The translations under genes and the position numbers were made by a program. From contig NMRA01000010.1 in the NCBI GenBank assembly GCA_002633005.1, positions 1,661,298-1,725,297 on the forward strand: 64,000 nt of DNA, in the 5' to 3' direction. The notes beneath the pieces were generated by a model. The model was not told the DNA's origin. It did no database searches and worked only from the letters and a program-made list of their open reading frames with translations. Positions within the stretch are counted from its first letter, which is position 1. Each line of letters begins with the position of its first letter. The DNA comes from Phoronis australis. Its lineage: Eukaryota; Animalia; Phoronida. Below, piece after piece: positions 61,569 through 64,000 of this stretch.

Positions 61569-64000
61569 CTAGTACAAAATAATTCACTTTCTTCGCTTTC
61601 CCTCTGAGGAAATTTCCAGAAAAAATATCAATTTTCTCGGTTTTTGAAACACGCACGAATGAAAAACTCCGAGGTTACCATAGTTTCCAATGCCCTCCCA
61701 CTTACGATAAATGCACTCTGTCAGTTGCTTGAAGTTGCTTGAAGTCAAAGGTCACATTTGCCATACCAAATAAAAAGACGAAGTGGCGAGCAGTTGACAG
61801 ATCGTTTTTTTTTTGATATTTGAAACTAAAAGAAAATGTTTTGATATTACTATTAATCAGAGATCTTTACGAAAAAACCCTGAAAATACATGGTGAGTTG
61901 GTTGAATTTTGTTTCAGTGGCAGAGAAAAACTTGCAATTTAGTCTGTTTATAGCGTTCCAGGCCTCTCTAACTTAAGCCGAAATAAGTCGGTTTTCGCAA
62001 CATGTGAGCATTCTAAATACATGTACTTTTTCGCCTACCAAGCTAGGCCATGTGCGAAAATACGGTTTCACGAATACTGGTGGTATTGAACTCTATATAG
62101 GGATTTAGTTACGAGATTTTGGAGCGATAAGTACACTCGTTTACTAGCAAAAATCCTGGTATGATTGGAAAATATCAATTAAGGTGTGCGAGCAAGTCGC
62201 CGCACTAAATTGTCACCGTTTTCTCCGGAAACAGATCAGAATCGAAAGAAGGACATCTTCTGTTTGGCATTGTTTGAGAGCCATAAGATTGTAAAACCGT
62301 TTAAAAATTATCAACGAAACTTATTCCTGAATAGTTTACAGTGGTGCCAGTCATTTTGTGTTGTTTGTACCGATTTCGGTCCAAGATAAAATTTCATGAC
62401 CACTGCCCCCTGGTGTCATCTGTCGTCGCTTAAACTTTCCCCAATATGCTCCGTTGTTAGATTTACAGGAAAACTTCATTAGAGCGGAGTCCAGTGATCC
62501 CTCTACACCAGTAAATGATTCAGTCCACAGCCCGCTATCTGGTGATTGGTTCTGTGCCATGTGGTCAAGTATTTGATGTTTGGGATCGCCTTCGGGTGAT
62601 TGAAAGTTTCACCAAGCGATACTGTATTAAGAACGTAAAGGGTGCCCACTTCAATTTTGGCAAACGCCTACATTAATCCACAACACATCGGCGTAAGAGC
62701 ATGTGAATTGCTCTTGAGTTGTATATTGTAGAGCGTGTTCTTTAGACCCTACTTGGCGCATAAAATGGCCTGATGTGACAAGCCAACTTGTTGCCTTGTT
62801 GTTTGTTCTCAAGCAACAAAAGAACAAACTTCCGGTTCTCTCCAAGCACAGGAACCTACTCTAATTCGAGAAAATACGAGACAGACCAGTTTGATAGCGA
62901 TTATTGGTCCAAAAATATTGCAGGTGAATGGTTATTGGTCTAACTCAATATAGTGTTTACGGAAGGCCATCTGTGCCTTTTTAAATATTTTCAATTAAAT
63001 TCCCTGTCTCCTCAGTCCATTTCGTTTCCGAATGTTTTGTAAGTTTCACGCATTTCCGACATTCATTGCCTTTTCCTATCAACCTGTATTTATTGTCTTG
63101 AAAGTGCAAAGAATTTTAATCATTTTGAGCTTATAAGTTGCTACAAATGTCAGTAAGAGTGGGCGTAGTCTTAACTGGACCGCCAGACTCGACACACGAA
63201 CTAATCAATCAGAATGCGCGAAATTTTAAAGATATTTCCTTAGTTATGACAAGTCTAAAGAATAAAATAAGTTTCACTAATCCAAAGTCATATCTCAGAT
63301 AAAAGCATTTCGAAAGTCTCCGTCTTGTCTGTATTTTATTGCCAACTAGCCGGTACCCATGCAAACTTGAGCATGGGACCGACGTCAGAGCCAGTAGTTG
63401 GGCTCACAACGCCGGAGTAACAAAGTTTAACTATTTGAACGATTAAATGAAGGCGATTTCCAGATAAACTCGTCGCAAATAGCAAACAAAATAATATCAC
63501 TGATCGAAACAAATGCTTTTTGTAAACTTCTGTATTGTTCGTAAATACCTGATTGTCAATGATTATTTTTTTAAAAGTTTATGAAAATAAGGTTCTGTGT
63601 TATTCAATATAGGCGACTCTGTTGTGGGTACACATCCAGAAAATTTCGTGTCATGAAGTTTTTAACTAAAATGAAAGGGTAATACACACTTAGAAGCTTT
63701 TGTAAATCAAGCATACCCACTGGTTAATTTTAGAGTCCAGTCTCGAGTAAGGCTTAGAAGTCTCGGACCCAGGTATTTTCATAAGAGCAAACGTTACGCG
63801 GGTAAACGACTCTACTTTTTTGCTTGCAGGAGTCACGAGCGAAGTATCCTATAGGACCACAACAAACAACGCTATGTATTCTGTTATCGACAATACTACG
63901 CAGCTGCCCCAGCAGAAGACTACCGTTTATTACAATGAGACCTTGCAACGGATGTTTTTCGAATTTGAAATGTCACTGTGCGCGTGGAGCAACCCTGTAT

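Noticed and set aside
62351-64000. Short minus-strand ORFs near the window end as possible last exon or 3' UTR of a neighbouring gene
   Set aside because: No recognisable domain or consistent splice structure within the window.

Overview
Eukaryotic, repeat-rich invertebrate (metazoan) genomic DNA with spliceosomal introns, microsatellites, a 452-N gap and no prokaryotic features. Two host genes are supported. (1) A spliced, minus-strand neuropeptide precursor of about 397 aa: signal-peptide exon 29986-30051 plus main exon 26093-27220. It encodes 7x LKFL(amide), 4x W[IL]NxGA[KR]x and a few singleton peptides that I cannot assign to a known family. (2) An intronless, highly divergent rhodopsin-type 7TM receptor (11904-12824, minus). 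The rest is mostly transposon debris: four internally deleted Kolobok-type DNA transposons (TTAA TSD, convergent THAP and KolX/P2X7-ballast-like ORFs, one nested inside another), a DIRS/Ngaro gag remnant, four L1/Tx1-type LINE fragments (three with TSDs), a solo LTR and several MITE families. An old tandem segmental duplication (about 1-7.9 kb vs 14.1-24.4 kb) provides empty-site controls for three insertions. The 1.6 kb tandem duplication at 47.9-51.1 kb is probably an uncollapsed-haplotype assembly artefact. All alignments were done by eye.
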